A stretch of 62,739 nucleotides of DNA, taken from positions 1,058,399 through 1,121,137 of the forward strand of contig NW_014577068.1 of assembly GCF_000485595.1 (NCBI RefSeq), in the 5' to 3' direction. The stretch's first letter is position 1. Every line of letters begins with the position of its first letter. This document shows positions 13,101 through 25,574 of this stretch, piece after piece. A program made the position numbers and the translations under genes. Source of the stretch: Priapulus caudatus (lineage: Eukaryota). The notes under the pieces were generated by a model that saw only the letters and a list, made by a program, of their open reading frames with translations, did no database searches and was not told where the DNA came from.

Positions 13101-16100
13101 AACAAAAGAGATTCCTTGTTACCAAGGACCTGATCATGACAACTGCGGAACTTTACGCCTATGAGCTTTTGGTGTGCTCAGAATCTGAGAGAGTAAGAAC
13201 CACTGAGAGGAGTGATGTATGTGTCAGCAGAGAGACGAGAGTGAAGAGTGCGCGCGTGTGTGTGTGAGTGAGAGAGAGGCAGAGAGAGCGTGGCTTTGTG
13301 TGTGTGTGTTGTGTGTGTGTGAGTGTGTCTGTGTGGCGAGGATAAGAGGAAGGAGGGGTGTGCGCTGCTTTGTATTCTGTGTGATTGTAGACAGAGAAAG
13401 GAGGGAACCAGAGAGGGAGTGAGTGTAGTGTTTCCGAGAGAGAGAGCGCACTTGCTGCGCGCGGCGGACTGGTCGTGAGTGGAGACCCGGGAGGGAGCGT
13501 GTTGTTGTCTGAGAGAGAGAAGAGGCAGAAGAGAGAATACCTGACGACGGCAGGTTGTATGTTGTTCCTGAGAAGGACAAGCCAGAGGTGTGTGGTGTGT
13601 GTGTGTGTGTCTGTGTTGTGTGTGTATGTAGAGAGGGTGCGACTGTTTGTGTTGTTGTGTGTGACGAGAAAAGAAACTAGCGAAGAAGATCACGGCGCGG
13701 GCTGTGTGTGTGTGAGAGAAGAGAGAGAGAACGGCAGGTGTCGCCGTGTTGTATGTGTGTCGTGTTGTTGAGACAGAAGAGAGAGAAATGTTGTGCGTGT
13801 TTGTGTGTGGATGTGTTTTGGCGTGTGTGTGTGGGAAGATTATGAGAGAGGAAAGAGCAGAGACAAAGAGAGCAGCGAGGTAGTGCGTGTTTGTGTTGTG
13901 TTGTGTCGACAGAGAGAGAACCAGGAGGAGTTTGTAGTAGGTCAGAGAGAGCAAGAAGAGACAGAGAGAGAGAGAGAGACGAGAGACGGAGAGTTACCGC
14001 TACCTGACCAACGTCGTCCGCACCATAAAAGTGTGTCGTCGCGCGCGCGTCCCGACGCCGACGCCAAACGCGCCACGTGTGAGTGTGTGTGCTGCTGAGT
14101 AGAGTGTGTTCTATGCTGATCTGAGAGAAGAGGGTGTGTGGTGTGTGATGAAGAGAGAGGGGTGTGTGTGTGTGTGTGTGACGAGAGAGAGAGACGGAGA
14201 GAATGGGGGATCTTTGCGTTCGTTGTGTTGATGTTGATGGGGACGCAGAGGAAGAGAGAACCAGAGCAGGGAAGTGTGTATGTGTAGCGAGCAGAGAGCA
14301 CGAGAGAAACAGAGAGGGAGGTGTGCACGCGTGTGTGCGAGTGAGAAGAGGAAGAGAGAGACGGAAGACGCATGTGGTTTGTGGTGTGTGTGTGTGTTTG
14401 GTGTATTGTGGTGTGTGAGGTGTGTGTGGGTGTGTGTGTGGTGTGTGTGTGAGGGAAGTGAACCAGAAGAGGAGATGGTGTATATGCTTTCAGAGAGAGA
14501 GAGAGAGAGAGCGGTCGCGCGCGCCGCGGACTGTGGTAGTGGTAGAGGGCGGAACTTAACGTCTAGCAGCGCTGAGCAAAAGCCGTTGGGCCAACCCTTT
14601 GCAAATGACGTTAGCCCAAGTTGCAGTATGACGTGCGCCAACGTTGGCAGTTTTATGACGTATTGGGCCACAACGTTACTGCAAGCTTATTGACGTAATG
14701 GGCCAACGTGGGCAGGTAATGACGATCGTGGCGAGTTATGACGTCTGCCGCCAAACGTTGGCAGTGATTTGGGACTGGCCAAAGTTGACGTTATGACGTA
14801 CATGTGCCCAACTGGCAATATGAGTTGGCCAACGTTAGCGGCATATTGACGTTGGGCCAACGTGGCACATATTGAGCGTTGCCAACGTTGGCATAAAATG
14901 ACGTTGCGTCAACGTTGGGCAATATGACGTTGGCCACTTATGCAATATGACGTTGGCACGTTTGGCCAACGTCGCTAGCACGGTTGGGCCGTATGCCCAA
15001 CGAGCACAAATCGACAATTGCGGCCCACGTTGGGCAGCCACGTTGCCCAACGTTGCATGAGGCTGTAAGACCAGCCGTTTGGGCAACGTTGGCCAACTTC
15101 AGCATGCTATGCTGGGTTAGCTCACGTAACGAAGTTATCTAAGACATTTTATATAGTTAAGTTATCTACTCGACAGTTGCTGTTCCTGCAAGCAATACGG
15201 TAATGTCGTAATGGGGAAACATGATTAATGTTTACGGAAAAAATACTATATACACACTATAATAATTAAAATCCACTGATCTTTTAAACTACTTGCCTTT
15301 TCACGATTTCAGTTGCAAAATTGATATACAAGAGTTAGTCAATAAAACATCCATCGTAGAGACGCAATCAAGCCACGGCGCTGATTGGCAAGCAATAGGG
15401 CGAGACCAAACAGCAAAAGGATCTAGTCTTATCCCCGCTGTCATCGCGTCAGCCTAACGCCAGCAGAGGGAAGCAGTGTTCCGACTTGCTCTAGTTGTTC
15501 TTGGCACTTCCAAGTACGCTCCGAAAACAAGACTCCCGCTACAAGCTGTCAGAAAGCCGGCGATATACTCTCGGTAAGGGGAGTAGTTAAATTTGGTACT
15601 ACAGTTAAAGGTGGAGATTCCTCAACTATTCAGAGCGGCAAAACATACAAATCAGGCAAAATTAAATTAGTTATAACATTGCACGTTAACTGTTAATATG
15701 CTTATATTGTGTGATTAGGATAAAAAAAAGCCATTGCTCCGGAATCCTTCATTCGAAGTTGTAGACTACAAAGTAGAGACTTTATGGGTTGAATGTTATT
15801 GCACCATCGCTTTACATTTTTGAATGCTAACATGCGCGCCATTTTTGTTCAGCTACCGCCACTGGCCGTGTTATGTAATGTAGAACCATTGTAATACAAC
15901 AAATAGTAATGTATTACAGTAATATTGGACTTACAATAACCAAATTTAGATCAAGGTGACGGCGGCAGAGTCTTGTTTCAAAACGCGTCACCGGACCGCA
16001 ACGACCGTGCGGCCATCTGAATTCTTTAGCAATCATATTTCCGTTGGACCCTAATATCAGACATGCATTTTTTCACTGAAATACATCATCATATTTAGGT

Positions 16101-19100
16101 TTGCAAGTTCAAAAAACATATAAAAAGAGAACTTATTCAATGTTATTATGGTTCAATATTTACGAATATGGCAGCAATTAGTAGATATTAAACAATCGCG
16201 CGGTGGCCAACCATTTTTGGATTTTCCATGCTTTAACGGCGATTATCGTTTCATGAGCGAATTGACTTAACGAGTGACGTTGAGTCGCGAATCCCTGTTC
16301 AGTCATGCTGTTACGTTCGAATACGTTTTCGTTGGGTATTTTTATCACGTTTCCATCTCGAAAATGGTAACGAAAATTCTGACAATTAAACATAAACAGT
16401 TTCGAGTGACCTCTATGTCTAAGACTACCAAGTTTGATTTTCATAAAATGATTATATAAAAGTTATGACATCCTGAAGAGGCTGCCATTGGACTCTATTT
16501 GAAAATGATGTTGCTCAAAATATAACATATAGTGCGCGCTACGGAAATCCACAGCGAAGCGTTTTCAGAAGTTGTTTCTCGATGAGCAAAATATAGGCTT
16601 GTATTACATTATTTTACAGTTTAATTTCAAAGCTAACTGTTAGTTTAGTTAAGATGATACTTCTACTTAGTCTATCTCGTGTTTATTTAAGCAACAATTA
16701 AGTGGAGTTCGAGGAAGCTACCTTTAATATAACTAGGCATCCATGCCGAATTTTGCTGATATATAAGTTGAAGACTGAGACGTTATGTCCCCGGTGTTAC
16801 TTGCGGAATTACTTGGTCGGTCGGTTTAACGAACGTAACCATCCAGGTAACATCTTAAATATGCCCGGACCGTAACTCGCTAGCTACCACTCAACGAGGT
16901 CTATAGACGACTTAACTATTTATATAGGAGTCGCCTACGTATAGCCTCTCCCTGAAACACCTAACCCTTTAACCGAAAGAGACCGAGCCCTACACCTAAC
17001 CCTAACCTAATTCAAACCTAAACCATCATCAATAGTGCAGGTACGGTTGCGGATTACGTAAACCAGGGTACGTTCCGGTATACCGTACCGTACCCAGGGT
17101 ACATTCCGGCAGTACCCTGGGGGACATAGACCCTATGAGCATAAGTGAACCCCATATGATATTAGGATGAGAAGCTAAAGCTTACAGTCAGTGTATGCCG
17201 TATGGGTTGGTGAGGGGCAGTTAGTGTATACAATTCACAAAACTGGGTGCCTGGTTACAAATATTTGGTAATAAGTGACCCCATATGATATTACCCTGAT
17301 ATTTCAGTGGGAACTTTGGTTTAAATAGTCTTAGTAGGGTTTTATTTGTGGAGGTATTAGAAGATGAATTATATGATGATAGTACAAAAGCTTCAGATAA
17401 ATACATACTCATATTTTAGTGTATGGGTATTAGTATATGTAGTGTATGTATGTGGAAATGTATAACTTTGTTAACATAGATAAAGCATTATAACCATTTG
17501 CCTGACATGATCGCAACATTATGACAACAGGCCTTTTAGTTTACCACATTAAAATATTACAAATTAAGTGCGATCTCTTATTTTCATCATAAGCTGTTAG
17601 TTTTGGTAAACATTTCATTTGTGTTTAGTAACAGTGCAGCATTTGGATTTTTCGAACTACGCTTGTTGAAACTGTAATGCAGAAATAGTGAGATTTCTCT
17701 ATAAAACTTAAGAGGTAAAGGATTAAAAGTCTATTTGATCTATTATTTGAACAGCAACAGCAAATAATGTGACTGTGAACTGTACACCACATCATTACTA
17801 TTTTTTTAACTTAGATTCAGATGGTTTATGTGTAATCATGAGTATACTATAACCATCATGCATGTGCTTCAGCATCCGAATCGACCACAAAAAGACAAGG
17901 AACGCCAAGGAAGGCCGAACATTCACGCAGAAAGCCAAACGATCGCAATGATGACTGCTTCAATCAACATGTTTGTGACATCATAGAGAGCGAATTTGAC
18001 TTCGAGTATAATCTGTCATTGTTTGACAAGGCAGCCGTTTTTGAAGAAATCAACTCGCAGCTGCCCAATGAAGGCCTGCGGCTAGTAGAGTGCAACAAGC
18101 GGGTTCCGAAATACAGGCACGATGAAAACGTGCTAGAAAACGTGCCAGCAGTTTACCGCCAAATTACAGCTCCATCGCACCCAGATCAGGAGTATTACAC
18201 TGGTGAGTTGCATCTTATAATTTATTATCATTCTCAGTGTTTTTGTTCATAAATGGTAACAGTTTAATGTTACTCAGTTTTCTTATATAATTGTTGCTAT
18301 TGCTATCATAGATGCAGTAGTCATCCTTACAGTATAGCTTCAATTTCAGGTCGTGGAATTTCGTGCATTTTCTTACCCTTAATTATCATGTAATTTTCTT
18401 GTGTATATTAAACTAGGTAGTAGTATATTAGTTAATAATCTTAATAGTGACTCTAATGTTTGTTTGTTAAACATGATTTTCTAGAAAAAAATATATGAAA
18501 AAACCATGTTGTTAAGTGCTCGATGAAAAAACTCCAGTACTTTTGTACTTTTGACTTTAGTATAGTGCATTTTATCAACTTCTTTGCTTGCAGACTCTGG
18601 ACTTGTGATTCCCAGTATATCGTATAGTCTGCGTACTCGACTGCTCTCAGCAGCTGAGAAGTACGGGCTGAGTGTACCACGGCAGTTAGAGATGGTCGGA
18701 CGTTCTGCTAGTGAGATGGCCCTGCAACTGCTGGGTGGCTGTCACAGGTGATTTATTTGCTACCCAATTAGGGTTTCTGTGTATGCTGGGATATAGCCAA
18801 GATTGATCTTTTCGAAGCATATACAAGAGTCAGTACTTGGTCAGGTTCCTCAAGTTTTATGTGGGTACATGTACGATAACTTTTATTACATCAGGTTGAG
18901 ATGAACTCCCAAAGGTACTTGTTGTTAATTTGTTGAATGTTTGACTGAAAATCGTGGTAGGAAGTGAAGATAATAAAAATTCATTCACTAGCCATGTGGA
19001 TATTAGTTTAGGGCTTTGCATAGGCAGGGTTCGTAGCGGGTCTTCCAAAGTCTTATAAGTACTTATTTTGCTAAAAATAAAATAAGGGCCCTTATTAGTA

Positions 19101-22100
19101 CTTATTTTTGGTGAAATCTTAGAAAAGTACTTAATAGTCCTTATTTTTTGCCAAAGGACCATTTTTCAACATTGTTTTATAAACTGTTCTCGACTTAGAG
19201 TAAGAATTGTGTTGTATATATAATACGGAATAATTAAATCTAATAAATAATATCTAATAATTTATATATCTAATATATATCTAATAATAAAGTCTTATTT
19301 TGGCCTCCAGAAAGGGTCTTATAAGTTCTTATTTCAACATGTGTCTTTCTACTATGAACCCTGCAAGTGTTAAAACCATATTTTCGAAAATTGTCTAGTG
19401 TTTTCCCCACTTTTATGACCGTTTAATTACCTACCGTTATTGCTTGAGTAACAGCAACTCTCTAGAGTAACGATAAAATGTATTAGAACCTTCGTATTCA
19501 CCAAAACATGCAAGTTCGATTACCAGCAAGCCTTTTCTTGTAATCTTGGACCAGTTATAGTAGCACTACTAACACCATCTATCATCCATAGACTTACACA
19601 TCTCGTGCAAATTGCATAAAATCTTGTATTTTTCAAGTTAGTGTAATCAGTGATATATCCACTGTGAGGTGAGACTGTTTTGCTATGTTTTTTTTGGATT
19701 GAGCATTTCTGAGCAAAAGTCTCGTATTAAAAACTTTACCTTTTGCACGGGTATTGCTCTAATGAAGATTAATAGTTTATTGATGAATGAATTCAATCAA
19801 TCACTTGTTTTATTTATAGAGGAGATATTATATATTTATATATAAGAGAGATTATATATATGAGAGATTTATATATCTCTATGCTCAAGCCAAAACCTCA
19901 TTCCAGCACCTAATTATGTTACCACACAAATTTAGAATTTTTATGTAAAAATGGTATTTTGGATATTTCTCAATTACCAGAAAAAGTGAGGATACAAAAT
20001 TTTCGCCACATGTTAAGCACAATATGTACCAAAATAGCGCCTCAGAATTTTTCTTTAAGTTTCATATTTACCAAGAAAAATGAAAAAAAATGCCTAAAAT
20101 TCAAGTCGCACGTTTGCATTTAAAATTTTAGCGAATAAAGAGACATAACTCATAAAATACTGCACTTAATAGTAACAATCCCTGACGCCCTTTTTTATAG
20201 CAATATGTCACCATTAAAACGAGTGTAAAATTAAATTATTCCGAGTTGTAATCACAGAGAAATATCCATTTATACATCGACTACTATGTCAGAAATCGGA
20301 ACGGAGAAATCGGCGTTTTTCTATTTTTCACAATTTACCGTCTTTGTGAGAAATGGGTGAACGTATGTGAAATATCTACGGTTAGTACTTACTGTGACAT
20401 ATCCATGACTAACTGACACCACTAAATTGGTAAAATGTTCCATGCACCTTTTCTTCAATTCTGAGAAATTAGGTTGTTACCATCGCAGAACGCTCGAACA
20501 CCGCTCATCCTGACGTCACAAAGCTATGTGCTTTGCTGCACCGCTCATGTCAACAAACGCGCGCCTTACAGTAAGGTGTGTTGCAAGGTGTGAGAACTAT
20601 TTTGGGCATACTTGTTGGATCACTATCAAATGTACATGAATGTACATGAATACATGTAATGACAGCTGTAGCAGGGTTGACGCTGAATGATACTGGCTTA
20701 GTGAATATTGTGGTTGTGTCATGTCTCTGACGTTAAGGATACTCTCAAGGTTTTAGGAAAAATTTTACCGATATTTTATTTTCAACTGTATTCGATGGCT
20801 AACACTATGTGCCACCTGTGTACATGCTTATTTCTCCATATATAACGGTACATGTGAACTGTCAGAGCGTTTTGATTGCCCGCGTACATGTTTAGTGAGC
20901 CGCGGCTGACGTCATAATGACGTCAGAGACATGATTCAACCAGTGTTATGATAAATAAATTTGTGTGGTAACATAAATTAGGTGCTGGAAATTTCATTAA
21001 ATTGTTTGGCTTGAGCATTGAGATATATCTCCTCTATAAATAAAACAAGTGATTGATTGGATTCATTCGTCAATAAACGTTTAATCTTTATTAGAGCAAT
21101 ACTCGTGCAAAAGGTGGAGAGTATCCTTAAATGTTGCATGATCAATTTTGTTACTTTTGTTATTAGTATAACATATTTCTTACAATTTGATTATATGCAA
21201 TCAAGTGTAGTATAAGTCCCACAGAATGAATGGCATTTATCTGGTATCCATTAGTACCATGTATTATGGTGACCAAAAATCAGGGAAAGGCTGACATTTT
21301 ATTACATAAATCACTGAAGTTCATGTGGTACGTAGTAGTGACCTGAAAATATTTTATTTTAGAATCAATCCCGAAAATTCGCATCAGCGGCCAAGAGCAG
21401 CAGTGCTATGTGGACCTCACATGCAGGGTGCTCAGGGAGTTAGCTGTGCTCGTCATCTCGCAAATCACAATGTTGACGTCACGATCTTCATTCCCAATGC
21501 GGTGAAGGTGATCAATTGGCTGCAGGAGGAAATGAATCTGTTCAAATGCACCAGTGGTGTGCATGTGCAGAACATAAAAGGTGAGCTGATTTCGAACACG
21601 TGAGATATTTAGCTCTTACACCTAGCAGGTGGAAGTGTTGTCTGGTGATGGGAATTGGTTGGAATTTGATAATTGATTATTCGTTACACCAAGCCGATTG
21701 ATAATTTATTTTAATTGGACTATTGGTTATAATCATCGTAGTTTAATTAATAACCTTATTTTAGCTGGCCTAAAATTAAGAGAGCTAGCCTATGTTTATA
21801 TAGTATTGTTTCATAGGTGTGTTAATGTACTTTAAGCAAACTATAACGTCTCAGAATAATAAGATGTATGTTTACGAGACTTGTTTTAACATTATCTTTA
21901 TATTGTTAATGAAATTACTATGATAGTATTTTCAAAATGGTTCTCTTATCGTATAGACAATGGGAATACAACCTTACTATAATATAATATGGTTATTTGG
22001 TTGTAAACATGAACAGCTGTTGTTATTTCATATTGAATGAAATTTTCAAGAAATATTTAAAAACTACTGTCATGATAAATCACACATTTAGCATTTAGTA

Positions 22101-22897
22101 AGTTCACGTGGCTGATATGTGCAGTCAAACCAGCCATTTCTTCTATTTCTGCCAGGCATCTGTTTGATTGTTTGTATCTTAGAGATCGAATAAAACAACT
22201 TGTGTTTGTGAATCGATTTGATAAACATCAGCACAATCATCATAAGAACAGGCTGTTTTTATTATTTTGATTATTAGTTTTCATAATCAGTTATGTAATC
22301 AATGGCTGTAAATTATCAACTCTTAATTATAATCAATAACTGGGACATCATTGGTGTTCTAATCATGTGGTTTTGGTTTATTCACTGATTCGTTGTTCAG
22401 TAACTGTTTTTCAGTAAACCAAGTACGTGTCCTGCCCTATCAACAAAATGTCTGATACAAACCTCATCTTGGCATAATACAGACCACTGTTGATTAGAAA
22501 ATATCTGTTCTCACAATATTGTGAGCATTTAGATGTAGTACGTAAATCTGTGATTCTACTTCCAGAGATGACAAGTGGTTCTGTTGATATAATCATCAAT
22601 GCTCTGGACAGCCATGACAACGAACAATTGCATGCAGAGTCATGGTACAAGGCTGTAGTGAACTGGACAAGAAGTCATCGTGCGTCTGTACTGAGTATTG
22701 ACCCTCCAAGTTATGGTGTCGCGATTGAGGCCAAGTGGTCACTTTCTATTGCCTTGCCACTGCCGCTTCAAAAGTCTGTGGGCAAGATCTACCTGTGCGA
22801 CCTTGGTTTACCAGCGAGAGTGTTTACTGAGCTGGGGATCAAGTACGAGTCACCATTTGGTTCAAAGTTTGTAATTCCTTTGCATAGCAGCGAGTAG
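4003..22897 (+). CDS. EDC3: Enhancer of mRNA decapping 3, complete spliced CDS: join(4003-4172,4881-5128,17873-18202,18594-18747,21363-21580,22566-22897), 1452 nt, 483 aa
   Basis: N-terminal LSm-like domain (FIGSTVSVDCGSILGTYQGEV), FDF motif (EFDFEYNLSLFDKAAVFEEI) and YjeF_N-like C-terminus (VLCGPHMQGAQGVSCARHL...YLCDLGLP...SPFGSKFVIPL). All introns are GT-AG and the phases 2,1,1,2,1 join in frame. Confidence 0.96.
4881..5128 (+). CDS. EDC3: EDC3 coding exon 2 (end of LSm domain plus Ser/Pro-rich linker)
   Basis: TTTCAG| acceptor; reads (S)AIDIQELSII...RRVYS; G|GTAAGG donor. Confidence 0.9.
7795..9817 (+). repeat. Noisy duplicate of ~1-2240, ending at an N-gap
   Basis: Same order of TIR, LINE fragments and MITE start; deletion-rich. 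Confidence 0.85.
9843..14520. repeat. Low-complexity (CT)n/(GA)n/(GT)n/(TA)n region, noisy, with internal direct and inverted copies
   Basis: Degenerate dinucleotide tracts; ~10000-10130 is inverted at ~10970-11090; ~10420-10690 recurs at ~11910-12160. Confidence 0.8.
14560..15117. mobile_element. Satellite-like MITE made of ~23-bp palindromic CCAACGTTGG units
   Basis: Repeated TGACGTTGGGCCAACGTTGGCA-like units; ends GCTGGGT|TA; noisy sequence. Confidence 0.55.
15118..16170 (+). repeat. Noisy duplicate of ~4692-5680 including EDC3 exon 2 (copy at ~15312-15572)
   Basis: Collinear match with many short insertions; the exon copy is frameshifted. Confidence 0.85.
16785..17128. mobile_element. 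MITE-like element with TATGTCCCC / GGGGACATA ends and internal (CCTAAC)n
   Basis: Short inverted ends; telomere-like hexamers at ~16960-17025. Confidence 0.5.
17873..18202 (+). CDS. EDC3: EDC3 coding exon 3 (FDF domain)
   Basis: CTTCAG| acceptor; EFDFEYNLSLFDKAAVFEEI...YRHDENVLE; G|GTGAGT donor. Confidence 0.95.
18594..18747 (+). CDS. EDC3: EDC3 coding exon 4
   Basis: TTGCAG| acceptor; DSGLVIPSIS...EMVGRSASEMALQLLGGCHR; AG|GTGA donor. Not in the ORF track. Confidence 0.93.
19025..19363. mobile_element. hAT-like MITE
   Basis: CAGGGTTCGTAG ... CTATGAACCCTG ends with internal AGT(A)CTTAT repeats; no clear TSD. Confidence 0.55.
20737..21126. mobile_element. Kolobok-like non-autonomous element
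   Basis: TTAA|GGATACTCTC ... GAGAGTATCC|TTAA; its right ~170 bp also occurs inverted at ~19739-19935. Confidence 0.65.
21363..21580 (+). CDS. EDC3: EDC3 coding exon 5 (YjeF_N-like)
   Basis: TTTTAG| acceptor; INPENSHQRPRAAVLCGPHMQGAQG; G|GTGAG donor. Confidence 0.95.
22566..22897 (+). CDS. EDC3: EDC3 coding exon 6 (terminal)
   Basis: TTCCAG| acceptor; SVDIIINALD...FVIPLHSSE*; TAG at 22895-22897. Confidence 0.95.
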
Positions 22898-23624
22898 AGT
22901 GTGTTGAAAGGTGGTAACATATATAGGGAGCTAGAGTAGCTGTTGATGTTAAACGTTTTTAATTATGGAGGGTATTTTTTGAGAAATGTCAATGCGGTCA
23001 GGAATTGGTCTCATGTAAACTGAATACTCTACATGTTTAGGATGGGAATATGACATGTTGTGCCATTGATTTGTCATCAGGTTGACTCATCACGCCTTTC
23101 TTATTAATGTTGTTTAAGTTACGTCATGGTGGCCTAATCTTTGCCGGTACTGAAGTTGAACCAATTTTTATAGTTACTGCAATCTATTCTGTTATGTGAA
23201 ATGTATGTTTTATTTTTAGCAGACTGTTAAGGGGAGCAAGCAACTGGTGTATTAATGTTGCTGTGGTAGCAAGAAAGTCCTTTGGATACATACTATTATT
23301 ATATAGCTATCCTAGGGAATAAATTTCCTGAGCATACTTGCCATTATTTCGTGATAAATTCAATAATTGGGATGAATTGCAATGTAATTGCTCAAAACGA
23401 GTGTATTTTATGTTCATGATAATGCTACGAATAAATATAGTGATGAGCCCTAATCCCCCAATCTCTAATCTTACATATAGCTGAATTAAGCATGAGTATA
23501 CCAGATCTCCATGCAAAATCTACCCATTTTGGTGTGCTCTGAAATGATGTTTTAGCGTATGGTGGTAAGACGTTAGATCACAGTATGCAAGATTAATCTG
23601 TATGTGAAGGCATCGGTTATAATC

Positions 23625-23630
23625 AATAAA
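23625..23630 (+). terminator. Candidate EDC3 polyadenylation signal (AATAAA)
   Basis: AATAAA about 730 nt after the stop, followed by T/GT-rich sequence; another AATAAA at 23740-23745. Based on position only. Confidence 0.35.
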
Positions 23631-24610
23631 AAGTTATTTGGTTGCTACACACGTATCAGTTGCAGTTACAGCTGAGCAATTCTTAGTGTAATACATGTCA
23701 GAATCAAGAGTTATTTTCATCTACTCTTCAGCATTAACAAATAAATGACCATATGTTTTTTTTATAGTTAGAGACATGGTAAGGTTAGATATGTCAGTGA
23801 ATTTAGGTTCTTAAGAATCATTAATTAAAAATATTACGTGCAAGTTTGTTCAATTAGTATTAAACCCAGTTAATTTGTATGGTTACTACGACACTTATTA
23901 TCTGTATATAATGACGACCCTATATCCACTTCCCGGTGACACATTAAAGGTTTTAAAACATTAAATTTTTAATAAACGATAAACGATTTTTTTTTATTCG
24001 ATACCTTGTCCGATCAAGGGAGTTTTACATGAATCGACTACGACTGTTGCTTTCTATGCAATTCGCATTACTCCTTATTAACTTTTGCAGCGTCATTTAT
24101 AGAAGAACTTGACTCGTTATATACATGAACATCATTAACGGAGTGCGAGAATTATTAGAATATACTGATTCTAAACCATGTCTGTTGAGAGTGGTATTAG
24201 AGTGCGGGCACGAGCGAGCTGTGTGCTAGTCCGGCCCCGCTGGTCTTTCTCAGCGAATAGGTCTGATAATCTTTATAGCTGCTAAATTGTGTGACTAGGG
24301 AATTAGCACTAAAAAGTGAAGTCAGGGTTCGCTAACAAACATTCTCAGTATTTATTCCACACACTAGATATATATGTATACATTACAATGCGCTGCCTGA
24401 CTGCTTCCCGAATACTGTTTAAATTATATATATGTATATATAGGTATGACGTACCGTACCGATGCTCTCCGTGAATGCGCTTTCGTTATTTATTCACGTT
24501 TATCCATCCAAACATAATTGAATGGGCGAATTAATTTGATTATAAAATGACATTGTTTTCGACGTGTATTCTATTTCTATGAATGCTGTCCATATTAACA
24601 TAATAACATT

Positions 24611-25109
24611 CAGGCCCGTAGCCAGCTTTGTATTGGGGGGGGGGGTTCGTTTTTCAATGTTGGCAATTTGCTCGGCAGGGGCGTGTACAGGATTTGTACC
24701 AGGGGGGGTCTAACCGTAACCCGAAGTTGCGAGCACGCGAAGGGGGTGTCTGGGGGCCCTCCCCCAGAAATTTTTTAAAATTACACCCCCTCACGTATGC
24801 GTTTTTACTGCGCGAGGCAAGGGTGGGGTTCCGGAACTGCCTGGGACCCCCCTGTACACGCCCCTGCTCGGCGCGAAGCGACCAGTGCGAGGGCAGCCAA
24901 GCGACCGAGCGGGGGGGGGAGGGTGCCGGGAGGGGGTGTTCACTTGTTCACTGCTCCCGCACGATTGGAGATTTTGAATTATTACATCTAAAATAGAGCG
25001 TCACCTGATGGTGAAATTCCTTGCGCAAAATTTAAAAAAAAAAATTTTTTTGCTTGGGGCCGGGGGGGGTTCTTTCGAACCCCGAACCCCCCCTGGCTAC
25101 GGGCCGCTG
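24611..25109. mobile_element. hAT-like MITE containing a nested MITE
   Basis: CAGGCCCGTAGCCAG ... CTGGCTACGGGCCGCTG ends; G/C-run-rich interior. Confidence 0.65.
24676..24866. mobile_element. hAT-like MITE with 5-bp TSD (hAT5-like)
   Basis: Perfect 16-bp TIR CAGGGGCGTGTACAGG; CTCGG on both sides. Confidence 0.75.
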
Positions 25110-25574
25110 CAACATGACACATAACTTATAACCCACATACCATAATACATTCATTACTGCTAATTTAATTCCAATTTCATTTACACCCATTACACATATT
25201 TCTTCCCATCATCACCACATCATTCTCATCATCATTTTATTTTTTATCAATTCATTCATTTTTATTATCATCATCATTTCCATTTTTTTGCATTCATTTT
25301 TCCCCCACATTTTCCATCATTCTTCATTCGTTTTTCCATTATTAATTCCATTTCAATTCATTGTATATATCATTTCCCATAAACATTTTTTTCACCATTA
25401 ACCACATTATCTTTTTTCATATTATTACATCTTCCACTTTTATTTACCGTAACGTCAATCCACCTATCTGTTTTGCTACTAGCACTACCTAGCTACTACC
25501 TAGCTGTTTTACTACTGTTGTCCACCTAGCTGGTAGCCGTACTAGTACTAGTTGGTGCTAAGTTCTGGTATAAA

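Noticed and set aside
13495..13522. PacBio SMRTbell adapter remnant (GTTGTTG..GAGAGAGA)
   Set aside because: Match is too short to distinguish from the surrounding GT/GA low complexity.
9843..14700. Long ORFs of 100-258 aa (SLSL, ERER, VCVC, HTHT types)
   Set aside because: Translations of degenerate dinucleotide repeats in noisy sequence; no domain signal or splice logic.
14600..15100. CRISPR-like array of palindromic repeats
   Set aside because: Units are contiguous without unique spacers, there are no cas genes, and the context is eukaryotic.
15312..15572. Possible duplicated or mutually exclusive EDC3 exon 2
   Set aside because: Many frameshifting insertions, with the same error density in the flanking intron; looks like an uncorrected read.
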